Source of the DNA: Camelus dromedarius
Taxonomy: Eukaryota
Reading direction: 5' to 3'
NCBI RefSeq assembly: GCF_036321535.1
Contig: NC_087436.1
Location: forward strand, 28,646,001-28,710,000
Length of the DNA: 64,000 nucleotides
Part shown: in pieces, positions 63,381-64,000 of the stretch
Layout: each line of letters begins with the position of its first letter
Numbering within the stretch: position 1 is the first letter of the stretch
Position numbers and translations under genes: made by a program
Notes under the pieces: model-generated
What the model was told of the DNA's origin: nothing
What the model saw: only the letters and a program-made list of their open reading frames with translations
Databases searched by the model: none

Positions 63381-64000
63381 CATTCACACAGAGGCTAGGA
63401 GTGGGCAAAGATAAAGCACTTCTTAAAGTCCACACCCAGAGTAAGGACACTAAGCATTACTAACTCTGATTTTGTACTTTGTTACTTTGCTTCTGGTACT
63501 TGGTCTTATACGTCCTCAGTGGAATTTAAGCTGGATTAGTTAAATGATGTCTAAACTGTTACAGCTCTGATGTGATTTCCTTCTTGAGGAATTTGACTCC
63601 TGTTATATAGATTACTGTATTTTACAATGGGCATTAGAAAACCCACTACTGAACTTCATACTCTTAATTTACACCCACTCCACGTACTGTATGGTTTTAA
63701 CCGAATTTCTTTAGAAGGATTCCAGGAGTTGCTAGGAAACCTCTCTGTTCTTTTCACTTTTCATATAGCATTGGTGTTTCAAACAATAAGGCTGTACCTG
63801 TGGGTGCTGGACGATTTAAGTAGAATCAGTGACAGCAAGGCTATGGCATCGATAACCGCTCCTTCAAAGTGTCTTGTTCCTCATATAGATAATAAGGTAT
63901 AATATGTGTGGGGAAAGAACAATACATGTTTTCTTTAAATATGAAATATTTAGCAATATAAATATTTTAAAGTTTCAAGAAAAAAATATACATGTCTGCT

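Overview
An AT-rich mammalian genomic window, essentially non-coding. It is probably camelid, inferred from a tRNA-Ala-derived SINE and the style of the young L1 3' ends. I found no intact protein-coding gene. The ORF track is short chance ORFs plus decayed transposon frames. The only gene-like signal is a GC/CpG-enriched, repeat-free block at about 4.46-5.05 kb ending in a strong minus-strand CAG|GTAAG junction. It could be a non-coding first exon/promoter of a gene running off the left edge, or a recursive splice site. The rest is layered transposon debris: L1 (old L1MC-type and young 5'-truncated copies with TSDs), L2, MIR, MaLR/ERVL/ERV1 solo LTRs (many with readable 4-5 bp TSDs, one nested), a MER63-like hAT element and an unassigned fold-back MITE. 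The most notable signal is a cluster of very decayed Ty3/Gypsy pol relics, read by eye across frameshifts: integrase at about 31.8 kb, RT at about 33 kb, protease-RT-RNaseH at about 41 kb, RT-RNaseH at about 57 kb and a weak candidate at about 24.5 kb. One pair is in integrase-before-RT (Gmr1-like) order. Several small structural events are also visible: an L1 3' transduction, an old inverted duplication and two local templated duplications. Repeat family names come from memory of consensus sequences, not from a search. Boundaries without TSDs are approximate.
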